Positions 1 to 12,407 of a stretch of DNA of 64,000 nucleotides are shown piece after piece (the first letter of the stretch is position 1; every line of letters starts with the position of its first letter). The translations under genes and the position numbers were made by a program. The notes under the pieces are model-generated. The model saw only the letters and a list, made by a program, of their open reading frames with translations. It searched no databases and had not been told where the DNA came from. The stretch is from Eledone cirrhosa. Lineage: Eukaryota. Location: assembly GCA_964016885.1 (NCBI GenBank), contig CAXHJY010000177.1:28055-92054 (forward strand), given 5' to 3'.

Positions 1-792
1 CATAGAAATTATTATTTTTATCAATTTTACTTATTTACAAAACAGTAATATTTATGGTAACATTTTTAATAATGGAAATGTGACCAATTTTATTTATCCT
101 TGATAATTACCAATGGTGGGGGAAAGAATTGGACTGTCTTTTGGTTTTGCATTGAATTCCTGCATCCTTAGCTTAATAGCAAGAAGACAATATCCATCAA
201 GTGATTTTATGAAAATTATCCTGGAATAACATATTTTGTTTATTAATAACTCATATTATGTATATATGGAGTCATGGAGGCACTGTTGTGATATAGGGTG
301 CCGTGGGGCATTTTAAACCTGGTTTGAGCCCATTTTTCTCTGCAGTTCTTAACAAAGCTGGTTTCTTCCAAAATAAGAGATAGAAAGTGACAGAGAGGGA
401 GTGGGAAAGAGATATTGATGAAGAAATCAACCCCAGTACTGGGCTGGTTGGTACTTAATTTATCAACCTTGAAAGACCCAGTTTCTTCAAGAAAAAGCAA
501 GTGAGTGAGCAAGTGCTAATTCACTGCCTTAATTTCATATAATAAATGGACTCAAAAATATCTGGGACATATTTGGATTGAACCTACATCTCTTTGCTTT
601 GAGAATCTACAATCTGTATCTCTGAATTCTGGATAACTAAATATAGTTATAAGAAAACTAACACTGTATTGTATTGTTAGTCCTTTTTACTAGTTATTAC
701 TTCTACCATATTTTAATGTATTTTATTGCACGAGACAACCTCTACACATTTACATAGACACATTTTCAAACTTATATAATGTGAAACAGTTT

Positions 793-2060
793 TATATATA
801 TATATACATACTTTCATATACATTATTATATATACACATTATTATATAAATATTATTATACACACTTTTATATAAATATTATTATACACATTTTCATATA
901 CACATTATTATACGCATTTTCATATACACATTGTTATACATACTTTCTTATACACATTATTATACACACATTCATATACATATTATTATACACACATTCA
1001 TATACATATTATTATACACACATTCATATATGCATTTTTATACACCCTTTCATATACGTATTATTATACACATTTTCATATACGCATTATTACACAACTT
1101 TTCATATACGCATTATTATATACATTTTCAGATACTCATTTCTATACACACATTCATATAAATATTATTATACACACTTTTATATATACATTTCTATACA
1201 CATTTTTATATAAACAATATTATACACATTTTTATATAAACATTTCTATACACACTTTTATATAAACATTATTATACACACTTTTATATAAACATTTCTA
1301 TACACACTTTTATATAAACAATATTATACACACTTTTATATAAACATTTCTATACACACTTTTATATAAACATTTCTATACACACTTTTATATAAACATT
1401 TCTATACACACTTTTATATAAACATTTCTATACACACATTCATATAAACATTATTATACACACTTTTATATAAACATTTTTATACACACTTTTATATAAA
1501 CAATATTATACACATATTCATATAAACATTTCTATACACACATTCATCATCATCATCATCATCATCATCATACGTCCACTTTTCCCTGCTTGCAAGGGTG
1601 GGACGGGAACTGATTTCTACAGCTGGATGCCCTTCCTAACACCAACCTCATTTACAGTGAGTGCTGGGTGCTTTTTTTCCGTGGCACCTCCACGACCACT
1701 TTACAGTGGAATGATAGGGACCCCAGTCCCTATCATCTCATTTCTACAGCTGAGTAAACTGGAGCAATGTGAAATAAAGTGTCTTGCTCAAGGAAACAAC
1801 ACATCACCCGGTCTGAGAATTGAACTCACAGCCTTTCGATTGCAAGGCCAATGCTCTAACCACTAAGCCATGTGCCTCCATAAAAACATTATTATACACA
1901 CTTTTATATAAACATTTCTATACACATTTTTAAATAAACAATATTATACACACTTTCATATAAACATTGCTAAATACACTTTCATATATACATTATACAT
2001 ACTTTCATAAAAATAGTATTATACACACTTTCATAGCAATATTATTACACACTCATTCAT
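793..2060. repeat. AT-rich 26-27-bp minisatellite interrupted by a SINE
   Basis: Unit tatacacacttttatataaacatt(tc/at). Confidence 0.85.
1545..1880 (-). mobile_element. tRNA-derived SINE (CORE-like centre, RTE-like tail) inserted in a minisatellite
   Basis: A box TGGCTTAGTGG, B box GTTCAATTC, ccttgagcaagacactt core, (ATG)n tail. Close copy at 27431-27766. Confidence 0.88.
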
Positions 2061-3436
2061 ACGCATTTGTTTATATATAATTATATACGCATACATCTTA
2101 TTAGCCACATTCAATTATTCACACAGACACAAATGTAATGATACTATCTTAACCAAAGGTAGGGTCCCAATCAACAACAGATGTTAATTAGAAACACATT
2201 AGTCCCTGTTTACATTTAAATAGTCAGTATTTAAAAGTTTTAGTCCACCCTTGTGGCTTTCAAAGTACTTAAGCTTTAATCTCCTTAAACCTTGCCATCA
2301 CAACATCACTTCCACCGCCATCCCTACATCACTTCCACCACCATCACTACATCACTTCCACCGCCATCCCTACATCACTTCCACCACCATCACTATTTCC
2401 ACTAATACTGCCACCACTATCTCTACTAAAAACACCACCCACAACACTAACATTAATAGTATCTCTGTCATCTGTATTACCTCCAGCATCAACATCACCT
2501 TTAAATTTGTGTATTTGTAAATAGGGAAGTGGAGATCAAATACACACCACATCCACATTCTACATCCATGCCAGCAATAGTACAACTGGTATGTTTCATT
2601 AGAGATGGTACCAAACATTTCAGAACATCAGATACATATACAGCTATATCATTATTAGAGGAACCTTTTAAATTCTTTAAATGAATTGTGTTTCTAGAAT
2701 TGAAACTGGAGAGGAAGATTAAAAAAAGAAAACAAAATGAGAAATAATTTGTAGATAATAAGATTTTATTGTAAATTACAGGGTTTTAAATCTCGTTTTG
2801 ATCTGATTATTACCTCTTCAACATTGGATATTAGATTTTCAATTTCAAGTGTATTGCTGTGTTTACTAATGTTATTTGGGCCATCTATATGGTCATATCT
2901 CATACACACACATGAGCATTGTTGCACACAAACAGTCAAATGCTCACAAATAGATATTTATACTTCACGCTTGTCTATTATTCTATTATGTGTTCTAGCT
3001 GACAGGCTGAGGTCTTTCTGGGGCACCGCCATATGTATATATGAAAATATATTCTGTTCAACAGGTGCACTTATGTATACACTTATATTTTCATAAATTA
3101 CCTACATATAAATATCTGTAAACATAACAGTGTGTGTATATATATATATTGTTTTCTTTATATACATATGCAAGTAATCATACACATATGCAAACACGTC
3201 CATTTTCAGGCACTCATATACATACAGAATTCTATATACGGATTTTTTAATTATTTAGTATATCTGTGAATGTATATATGTGTGTGAATAAATATCAGAA
3301 TATACGTATATGTATGTAAATGTCTCTGTGACTGTAATTATGTATGTTGATATGCCATTGTGACTGCGCATGTACAACTAGTTGTGTGGTAAACTGTACA
3401 CTCTACATACCAAGTCCATATTTAAAAAAAGGTAAA

Positions 3437-3958
3437 ATGACACGTTGTAGCAAAATCAAAATTGATCAGAGACCATTATTAAGAGTAAAGCAAAAACGTT
3501 TTGTGCTTCATACTCTGAAGAAACTCCAAGAATGTTGTACCACATCACCCCATTCAATTAAAACTAAACCTACCTTCAACAAAGTCCTGCTAAATATATT
3601 TGGCCACAGAACCCTACTGGAACCAAGGTACTACAGGCATCGCAATGCAGCACACAGCATTTGCAAGCTTGCAAAAAAGACTCATACAATTGGTATGAAG
3701 TGTATTGATCGCTTAGAGCAAACCATACTTGCTCAGAAACTTATATCATCAATAGCCACTGTTCAATATAAGGCTCGCAATCGCACTGCTAAAATCTACT
3801 GCAGACTTCAGCAGAAAATTCAGAATCAAAAATTAGTTTGTTTCATCTACCACTGTCATTCGTTTGAATGGAAAGCAACTCCATCAACAAGGAAAGGCTG
3901 TTACCATTTGTGCCCTGATGATTTTTGTTCTCATGGAGATGGATCAAGGTGTGTATAG
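3437..3958 (+). CDS. unassigned basic, Cys/His-rich ORF (173 aa from ATG 3437)
   Basis: 615-nt stop-free frame in non-repetitive AT-rich DNA. No family recognised. Confidence 0.3.
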   Translation: MTRCSKIKIDQRPLLRVKQKRFVLHTLKKLQECCTTSPHSIKTKPTFNKVLLNIFGHRTLLEPRYYRHRNAAHSICKLAKKTHTIGMKCIDRLEQTILAQKLISSIATVQYKARNRTAKIYCRLQQKIQNQKLVCFIYHCHSFEWKATPSTRKGCYHLCPDDFCSHGDGSRCV

Positions 3959-4741
3959 GATATTTCTTGTATGTTTTATAACAGGTAACAAATCAAGGTT
4001 TTTATATTCAGGAATTATATTTGTAAAAATTTGAAGGATATTTCTTGAATGTTTTATAACAGGTGGCAAATTGGCAGTTATTAGAATGTAAGATAGAATG
4101 CTTTGCAGTATGTATTCTGACTCTCTACGTTCTGAGTTAAAATCCTGCCAAGGCCAACTTTACCTCTCATCCTTTCAAGGTCGATAAAAGTACCAGAAGC
4201 TAGTACTGGAGTTGATTCTTTCTCTATGTCGTCTCTTTCTCACTCCCTCTCTCATTCTCTGCTTTGTCTAGACATGGAGAGGGATGAACTTCATCAGGTT
4301 TAAAGTGGCATCCCTATAACTCCGTTAGGAGTTATAGGTCCAGTTATAACCTTATTTTTTCACTCATGAAATCTGTCACTGATTAATCCCACATATCTGT
4401 TAGTAGTTTCTGCTCTAGTGTTATTACAGTTGATGCTAATAAATGAGACACATCTGCCTAAAGTTATTACAGGTGGATTGGCAGTATCGGTAGAGGGTTG
4501 GATGCCATGCTTTCCAGCATAGTTACGTCCCTTTACGATCTGAATTCAAATCCCACCGAGTTTGACTTTGCCTTTCATCCTTACGGGGTCGATAAAATAA
4601 AGTACCAGTAATGCACTGGGTAATTGCAGGCCTTGTGCCTAAAGTAGAAACAGTTATTACAGTTAGCATTAATACATCATAATATTATAGTTTAATTCTT
4701 AACATCTGGTTACTATTTAACAGAAAAATATCTAAAAATGG

Positions 4742-5500
4742 GTTTGTTAATTCAAATGTTTATAGTATCTTTACTAGTGGACAGGTTATTAATTCAAAGT
4801 TTATAGTATCTTTACTAGTGGACAGGTTGTCATTAATTCAAATGTTTATAGATCTTTACTAGTGGACAGATTGTTGTTAATTCAAATGTTTATAGTATCT
4901 TTACTAGTGGACAGATTGTCATTAATTCAAATGTTTATAGTATCTTTACTAGTGGACAGATTGTCATTAATTCAAATGTTTATAGTATCTTTACTAATGG
5001 ACAGGTTGTCATTAATTCAAATGTTTATAGATCTTTACTAGTGGACAGATTGTCATTAATTCAAATGTTTATAGTATCTTTACTAGTGGACAGATTGTCA
5101 TTAATTCAAATGTTTATAGTATCTTTACTAGTGGACAGATTGTCATTAATTCAAATGTTTATAGTATCTTTACTAATGGACAGGTTGTCATTAATTCAAA
5201 TGTTTATAGATCTTTACTAGTGGACAGATTGTCATTAATTCAAATGTTTATAGTATCTTTACTAATGGACAGGTTGTCATTAATTCAAATGTTTATAGAT
5301 CTTTACTAGTGGACAGATTGTCATTAATTCAAATGTTTATAGTATCTTTACTAGTGGACAGATTGTCATTAATTCAAATGTTTATAGTATCTTTACTAGT
5401 GGACAGATTGTCATTAATTCAAATGTTTATAGTATCTTTACTAATGGACAGATTGTCATTAATTCAAATGTTTATAGTATCTTTACTAATGGACAGATTA
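4742..5500. repeat. 45-bp minisatellite, about 17 copies
   Basis: Unit ttgtcattaattcaaatgtttatagtatctttactagtggacaga, with 44-bp variants. Confidence 0.95.
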
Positions 5501-6169
5501 TGAAAATTTACAGTATTAGAGAAAAGACTTTAATTTTTAATGTGATGTAAACGTCCTATTTTGTACTTTTCAAGAAGACGTTACTAAGGAGGTTTAATAT
5601 GGTTTGTTAATTCAAATGTCTATAGTATATTTACTAATGGGCATATTGTGAAAATTTGTAGTATTAAAATAAAGACTTTAATAATGGTTTCATTGGGTCC
5701 CCTTCCATATACCTCCACGTCCTAACACCCTTCCCTCCATCCACGTCCCTCCCCTTTTTGTATCTCTCCCGTCCTAACACTCCATCATCCATGCCCGAAC
5801 ACTTTGCCCCACTCATGTCTCCAGCCCACACTGTAAAGTGGTCGTGTAGGTGACATGACAAAAAGCACCCAGCACATACTGTAAATGTGGTTGGTGCTAA
5901 AAAGGGCATCCAGCCATAGAAACCAAGCCAAAACCAGTTCTGTATGAGCAAGACATGGTCATCGGACTTGGCATGTCTCACAACGAGGCAACTCGTTTTG
6001 ATGGAAAAATGGGGATGATGGTTATGATGACAGGATGTTTAATTTTTAAATGAAACAACTGGCATCTTTTAGTTGTAATGTATTTATATAGAATTTAATT
6101 TCTACCCTGAAACTCTTGGGCTGTAAGGGGTTAGCAACTTATTGTTTAGAACATGGCAACTACTAACAC

Positions 6170-7030
6170 TAATAATGGTTTCTAATTGAGGCTCAAACCC
6201 AACGATTTGGGAGGAGAGGGAAAGTTTATATCGACCCTCAGTACTTAATTGGTACTTTGTTTCATTGAATTCGGGACATAACTAAATGCCACAAGGCATT
6301 TTCTCCGAATCTCTAAGAATTCTGTCAACCCACTACATTGGGCCCTTGTGGCAAATAAAAGAAATCATTATTAGTAGTATAATTAGGGCGGTGGATTGGC
6401 AGTATAGAGTTATGGCCTATTGCGGTCTGAGCTCAAATCCTGCCGAGGTTAACTTTGCCTTTCATCCTTACGGGGTCGATAAAATAAAGTACCAGTCACA
6501 CACTGGGGTCGATTTAATCGACTTACCCCTCCCCAAAAATTGCTGGCCTTGTGCCTATATAAGAAACCATTATTAGTAGTATAATTACATTCTGAGCTTT
6601 ATTACATATAGTTACGTCCCTTTGTGTTCTGGGTTCAAATCCTGCCGAGGTTAGCTTTGCCTTTCATCCTTACGAGATTGATCAAATAAAGCACCAGCAA
6701 TGCACTGGGTCGATTAAATCGACCCCAGTGCATTGCCACCACCACAACCACAAAAAAAAAATTTGTTGGCCTTGTGCCTAAAGTAGAAACAATTAGGCAA
6801 AGTTAACCTCGGCGGGAGTTCAAATCCCGCCAAGGTTAACTTTGCCTTTCATCCTTACGGGATCGATAAAATAAAGTACCAGTAATGCACTGGGTAATTG
6901 CTGGCCTTGTGCCAAAAGTAGAAACAATTATTACTACTACTACATTCTGAGTTCAAATCCCACCAAGATCAACTTTGCATGTCTTCTTTCTGGTGGTCAA
7001 TGAAATATAATACCAGACAAGTACTCAAGA
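6170..7030 (+). mobile_element. cluster of 5-6 copies of a second SINE family (also about 4062, 4471, 18193-18835, 30035, 30241, 33995-34262, 35677)
   Basis: Recurrent gagttcaaatcccgccgaggttaactttgcctttcatccttacggggtcgataaaataaagtaccag...gctggccttgtgcc..agaaacaattatta. Confidence 0.85.
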
Positions 7031-7515
7031 GGGTGTCATTTGGGGAAAAAATATGAAACATTGATATTAATAAATGCTATATCTCTACTCTCTTCAAACT
7101 AAAGTTTATATGTCTTATCCATTTGAACATGCATTTTCAAGAAGGTTACTTATTAGTATCTCAGTATGATTAGTGAAGGCTTGTGGCTTAGTGGTTAAAG
7201 AATTGGATTCACAATTTTGAGGTTGCAAGTTCGATTCCTTGAGTGAGACGCTTTATTTCATGTTGCTCTTTCTGCCTGGAATTGTGAACGGTAGATAGTA
7301 ACAGTAATAGAAACATTGTTTCCTTGGATCGATCTGATGAGTTCCACCCCACTTAATAAGTGAATGGGATCTGGGATCTTGTCAATTTGGATCAAAAACA
7401 TTAGCCAGTGTTTGGTGTTGACTTTTAGAATGAAATTGAAAGATTTGGTGATGTTAGTTAGTACATGGTTTGTTTTTACTTGTGGAAGTCATGATGTTTT
7501 TTTATATTTTTTTTA

Positions 7516-7555
<40 letters not shown>

Positions 7556-7702
7556 AGGTTTATAAGTAGTATGGTAGATTGTGTGTTGGTGTTGTGAATT
7601 GGAGTGGAAAACTTTTTGTAAGCGAATGAGGTCTAGGAACTTGTTCATCGATTCCCCCAAAATAAAGTCATGTTCTACATTTTTCTTGTCTTCCATTTGC
7701 AG

Positions 7703-7845
7703 CAAAAAGAAAGATATGAAGTCAATATCTACTCCCCGGTTACTGGAACAATATGTAGCTGCTTATGACTTCAACAAACAGACTAAAGATGAGATTGATA
7801 TTAACGCTGGAGATACTCTAGAAGTTATTGAGAAATATGAGGATG
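7703..7845 (+). CDS. SH3PXD2: SH3PXD2 (Tks4/Tks5)-like adaptor, exon encoding N-half of SH3 #1
   Basis: Pyrimidine tract plus ttgcAG acceptor at 7701-7702 and GTATG donor at 7846. Translates KKKDMKSISTPRLLEQYVAAYDFNKQTKDEIDINAGDTLEVIEKYEDG, resembling the Tks5 first SH3 (LEQY...EVIEK..SGWW). Phase-1 end fits the next exon. Confidence 0.88.
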
Positions 7846-9694
7846 GTATGGTCACCTACATCTTTACCACTTTCATTCTTTCTCTATACCTCTCTCTATT
7901 TCTCTTTTTCTTTTTTTTCCTCTCTCTCTCTCTGTCTCCCTACCCCCTCTTCTACTCTCTAAATAGAATGTACCTCTCTGCCAGTTTCAACAATGACTCT
8001 TCCAGTTGATTGATCAATGGAACAGCCTGCTCATAAAATTAATGTGTAATTGACTGAGCATACCACAGACTTATGTACCCTCTATGTAATTCTCAGAGAG
8101 ATTCAAGGTGACACAGTGTGTGACAGACCTGGCCCTTTGAATTACAGTCCATCCGACAGCTTCCAGTTTCCTTGAAATTTCACAAGAAACTGATGCCAGC
8201 CTCAACTTGAACCCTGGTTCATTTTGATGGTTCAACATTATGATTGTTTTCTCTCTAAGGTTCAGGAATAAATCCAGAGAAGAGAGTGAAGGCATGTGAC
8301 CTAATGATTAGTGTGCTGGATTCACAATCAGATGGTTGTGGGTTTGATTCCTGGACTGGGCAATACGTTATGTTCTTGAACAAGACACTTCATTTCACAT
8401 TGCTTGTTATAATCCGACTGGGATCCTTATCATTTAAATACCTAAAAAACCTCCTGTGAGATGCAACATCATTAAAGGTCAGCTAAACCTGCATAAATGT
8501 GAGCTATAAACCTTTCATGTCCAGAGATGAGTAAAAGAACTATCACGATGAACTTGAAGGCTCAAATAGAACATTTATTCCATCAAATCCATTATTAATT
8601 GGCTGTTAGGTTTACTTCAAAAAGTACAGCTTCTTTCTTTTTCCATTATAAATTTACAAGCCATCTATCTATACAGTTGTTGTGTAGACTGCCAGAGACC
8701 AAAACTGTTATACATTCCTTGATTGGTTTAAATATAATCTATTGTTTAAATTCCAAACTGATATAATCAACCATAGCCTCATCAATGGACTTTCAAAAAT
8801 GTTTTTCAATATGTCCATAAACAATCACACATAATGAGTCTATCATTCCTAGAATCCTTCTTTGTGAGGTTACCTCCACTCTCCCCAACAACTACAAGTT
8901 AAACCCACAATGAAGTACTGTTCCTATATATGGGACAATGCTGTTGCTATACCCATGCAAGCGTGGAAGATGGATGTTAAACGATGATGATGATGATGAT
9001 ACATACAAACAAGGTAGGATACTCAATTGATTGGCATGAACCAACACACTCCAGCCTCCTCTCATATACAGATGTACTTTCTCATCTCTCTACTTTTTCT
9101 ACCACAACTACAGTGGTTTTTGCTCTTTGGAGCTTGCCAATCTTGTGCCATCTTCTCTCGGATATTCTTGAGTCACTTGTTTTTCATTATTGTCATCCAT
9201 GTTGTGTACCTCCCCTCCTCCTCCTCCTCCCATGTAGACCCTACACTAGTCATAATTTCCAGTCCTTTCTCCCCAGACTGTCAACCCTCTGGACTTTCCT
9301 TCCTTGTACATGTTTTTCCTACAGCTATCAAATTGCAGCTATTTAAGGAAGACTGTTAAGGATCTCAGTGGGCCCTGCAAAGGAGATGGGTTCAACTCCT
9401 TTTGTCACCCAGCTCACCTTTAAATATCCTTAAGTGTTCAAAACAGTTTATCTAAACTGGATACACGTACAACAAGGCAATAGTCCAACATCAATCCTAG
9501 GCTCTTATTCCTTCTTCATTTATATCATTACAACCTTCTTCCATTTTTATTTTATTTCTTTAGATTTAATTTATATAAACATGCTGAGGGGAAAATATAT
9601 TTGTAAAAAATATATTTCTGTCTAATTTCTATTTTTTTTCTGGATCATGGAGTTGATCCAGTAAATATAAAGATATTTGTGATATAGCCTAGCT

Positions 9695-9888
9695 GAGGTA
9701 TGTCAAACATGCGGCCCTTTACAAGCACACCTGCAGCCCACACAAAGGTTTTTACAGCACAAGCATGTTTTATCTTCGTAATATAAAATAAAAAAATTAG
9801 TTGTATTGCGCGCGATTAGTTGTCGTGTGTGGTTCTCAGACAACACATATGTGACCCATATCGGGGGACCCTCAGTTTGACATGCCTG
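9695..9888. mobile_element. hAT (Charlie-like) MITE
   Basis: TIRs gaggtatgtcaaac / gtttgacatgcctg, with perfect 8-bp TSD GCCTAGCT at 9687-9694 and 9889-9896. Confidence 0.85.
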
Positions 9889-12302
9889 GCCTAGCTCATT
9901 CCATTGTGTATATAAATATCTTCCTTGACAATATTGTTCTTACCAATAGTGGTGATAATAATATTGATATTATAAATACACAAATCTCATTCTCACTCAG
10001 TATTTTCAATATCTTTAGAAAGAAAACCTTCAAATTCATCTTCAAAATTACTTGCTGTTGATTGTGTTATAGAGATCATTTTCCAAAAGGTTTGTGAGAC
10101 TGAATTCGCTCAATTTAGCTCAACATAGTAGAATGATATGCTAAAACGTTACTAATAGCGGTTCTAAAATGGTTTTTGATTAGTTTATAGAAATTTCGAT
10201 GACAAAATATATATCATATCCATAAACCTTAATGAAGGCAACCCGCTTAGGAGAGCAGTGACTCCAAATAAAGTAAGACTGCATGGGGCAGACGTGGGCT
10301 CTGTAAGCCATGGAGAAGGTAACCTGTCTAGGACAGCAGTCACTCTGAATAAAACCTGATACAGAGTAGAGAGAACACTTAACTCCTGCCAGACAACCTC
10401 TCTAGTGCTGGCGGCATGATAAAATGCACTCAGTCCATGCTGTAAAGTGGTTGGTGAGGAAGAACATCTAGCTAGAAAAACATTACCAAAAATTATGGGC
10501 AGCACAACATATAATATATGTACTAACTGCATACACATGACTAATACTAAATACATAAAATAATAATATAAAGAATGCGACAAGTGGAGAGATACTGTAC
10601 TGAGAAGGACCTATCCAACCCATGAAAGCATGAAACAACAGACGTTAAAGAGTGATGATGGAGATGATTTAGCAATCAGTTGTTTGGTCTTTTCTCAAAC
10701 AAGCCATCTTGTTTTCTGGGTACAACATTTTAGCTGATACAATCAGGGTCAGGGTTTAGGGACTTAGTTTACCACTGTGTTAATAATAGTTGCTTCTCTT
10801 AGTAACAAGAGAAGAGTTGTAGTTTGCTGTTTAGCCCATGTCAACTCTGGCTGAGTAGACCTATGATATGATCAATGACATTTCAGTCATGACAATCCTG
10901 TCTTTCTTTTAGATATAGATATAAAGTATATAATGATTTGATCGCTTTTTTGGTGTAATTTATATATTAATGTTCAATGTATACTGGAGATGATTGAGTT
11001 TAGGGAAGAGATTAATAAGATCAATTTTTGCTATGTGTATCCCATTTTCTAGAATAGATACACCATGTTCCTGTGTGTGGTAAGAGGTAACTGAAATGGT
11101 TAGCTCTAGGAAGGGCATCTGGCTGTAAAGCATTGTTTCTTTAAAAATTAGTCAGTAATATACATTACATCTCAATGAATAATATCGCTTAGAATATAAT
11201 TCAGAGAAGCTTATAAATACAAATAAGGCTCAGAATTGACTAAAGGGAAGATCACTGTAAAGTACCTTAAAATAAAGGAACCTTATATGTGTATCATTCC
11301 AGAGGCAAAATTTGTGTTAAACGACCTAAATACATAGGGCTTAACAAATTTTTTCCTTTCTTACTGCATTTTCGCAAGCTAAAGTAACAGAATTTGCCAT
11401 CTCAATTAATTAAGATGATTAATTTCTGCTAGAAACTTGCTTGATCATCACAGAAGGATTTTCAGTTCCTGAAACAGTTACAATAGCATAATAGTAATAA
11501 ACACAATACAGAATAACTCAGAACAAGACTCTCTGTTTTTTCTTCATTTGATAAAGATTTTCTTAGCTTGAAATATTAAATATAGAGTAAAAACTATTGT
11601 TTTGTTTTGTTATTCTTAGTTCATTTTCCTCTAGTTCTTCTATTATGTTTCTTGTTTGCATTGTACTGGCTTTCTCAGTTCATTCTTTATTGCATTTCTC
11701 AATGCTTATATAAACTATACTGCTTTGATAATAGTAATAGTTTTAGCTATTAATAGGTATTGTTATAGTAGTAGTAATAGTAGTAGTAGTGATTGCAGTA
11801 GCAGAATTTGCTAATAAGTATTATTGTAGTAAATAGTAAAAATAGTAGTAGCTACTAATAAGTGAAGGCGCGTGGCTTAGCATTTAGAGATTTGGATTCG
11901 CAATCGTGAGGTTGTGAGTTTGATTCCTGGTGCGGGCGAGGCGTTATGTTCTTGAGCAAGACACTTTATTTCACATTGCTCCTTCTACCAGGAGTTGCGA
12001 CCAGTAGATAGTATTAGCAATTGGAAAGACCAATGGAATCATTGTTTCTTTGATCTGATTTGACAAGTTCCACCCCACTTGGTAATCAAGTGGGCTCTGG
12101 CATCCTGTCAATCAATTTAATCGACCTATTAACATGTATTATATTATATGATAGTGTTAATATGGTTACCTGTGACATATAATATAATACATATTAGTAG
12201 CTACTATTTCTACTATTACCACAATAATAGTAGAAATACTAGTAGGTATTAATATATATATCTATTATATTATATGATAGTGTTAATGTTGTTACTTTGC
12301 AG

Positions 12303-12407
12303 GCTGGTGGCTAGTGAACAAAGACTGTGAACAAGGTTACGTTCCTGGAAATTATTTGAAGAGATGTGACAGTCTAAAGGATTCCAGAACTTTGGCAGAG
12401 AACAGTG
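12303..12407 (+). CDS. SH3PXD2: SH3PXD2-like exon, C-half of SH3 #1
   Basis: ttgcAG at 12301-12302 and GTAAGG at 12408. Phase 1/1. Reads (G)WWLVNKDCEQGYVPGNYLKRCDSLKDSRTLAENS(G), with SH3 WW and GxVPxNY motifs. Not in the ORF track. Confidence 0.9.

Noticed and set aside
1800-1880. tRNA-like heads here and at other SINE starts as tRNA genes
   Set aside because: A/B boxes are followed by SINE core and tail, with no intact cloverleaf
4742-5500. 45-bp repeats as a CRISPR array or repeat protein
   Set aside because: No unique spacers, eukaryotic context, and frame-breaking 44-bp variants
1-7700. PX-domain exons of the SH3PXD2-like gene
   Set aside because: No convincing PX-coding exon found by eye. 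They probably lie upstream of the window, so the orthology call rests on SH3 similarity only.
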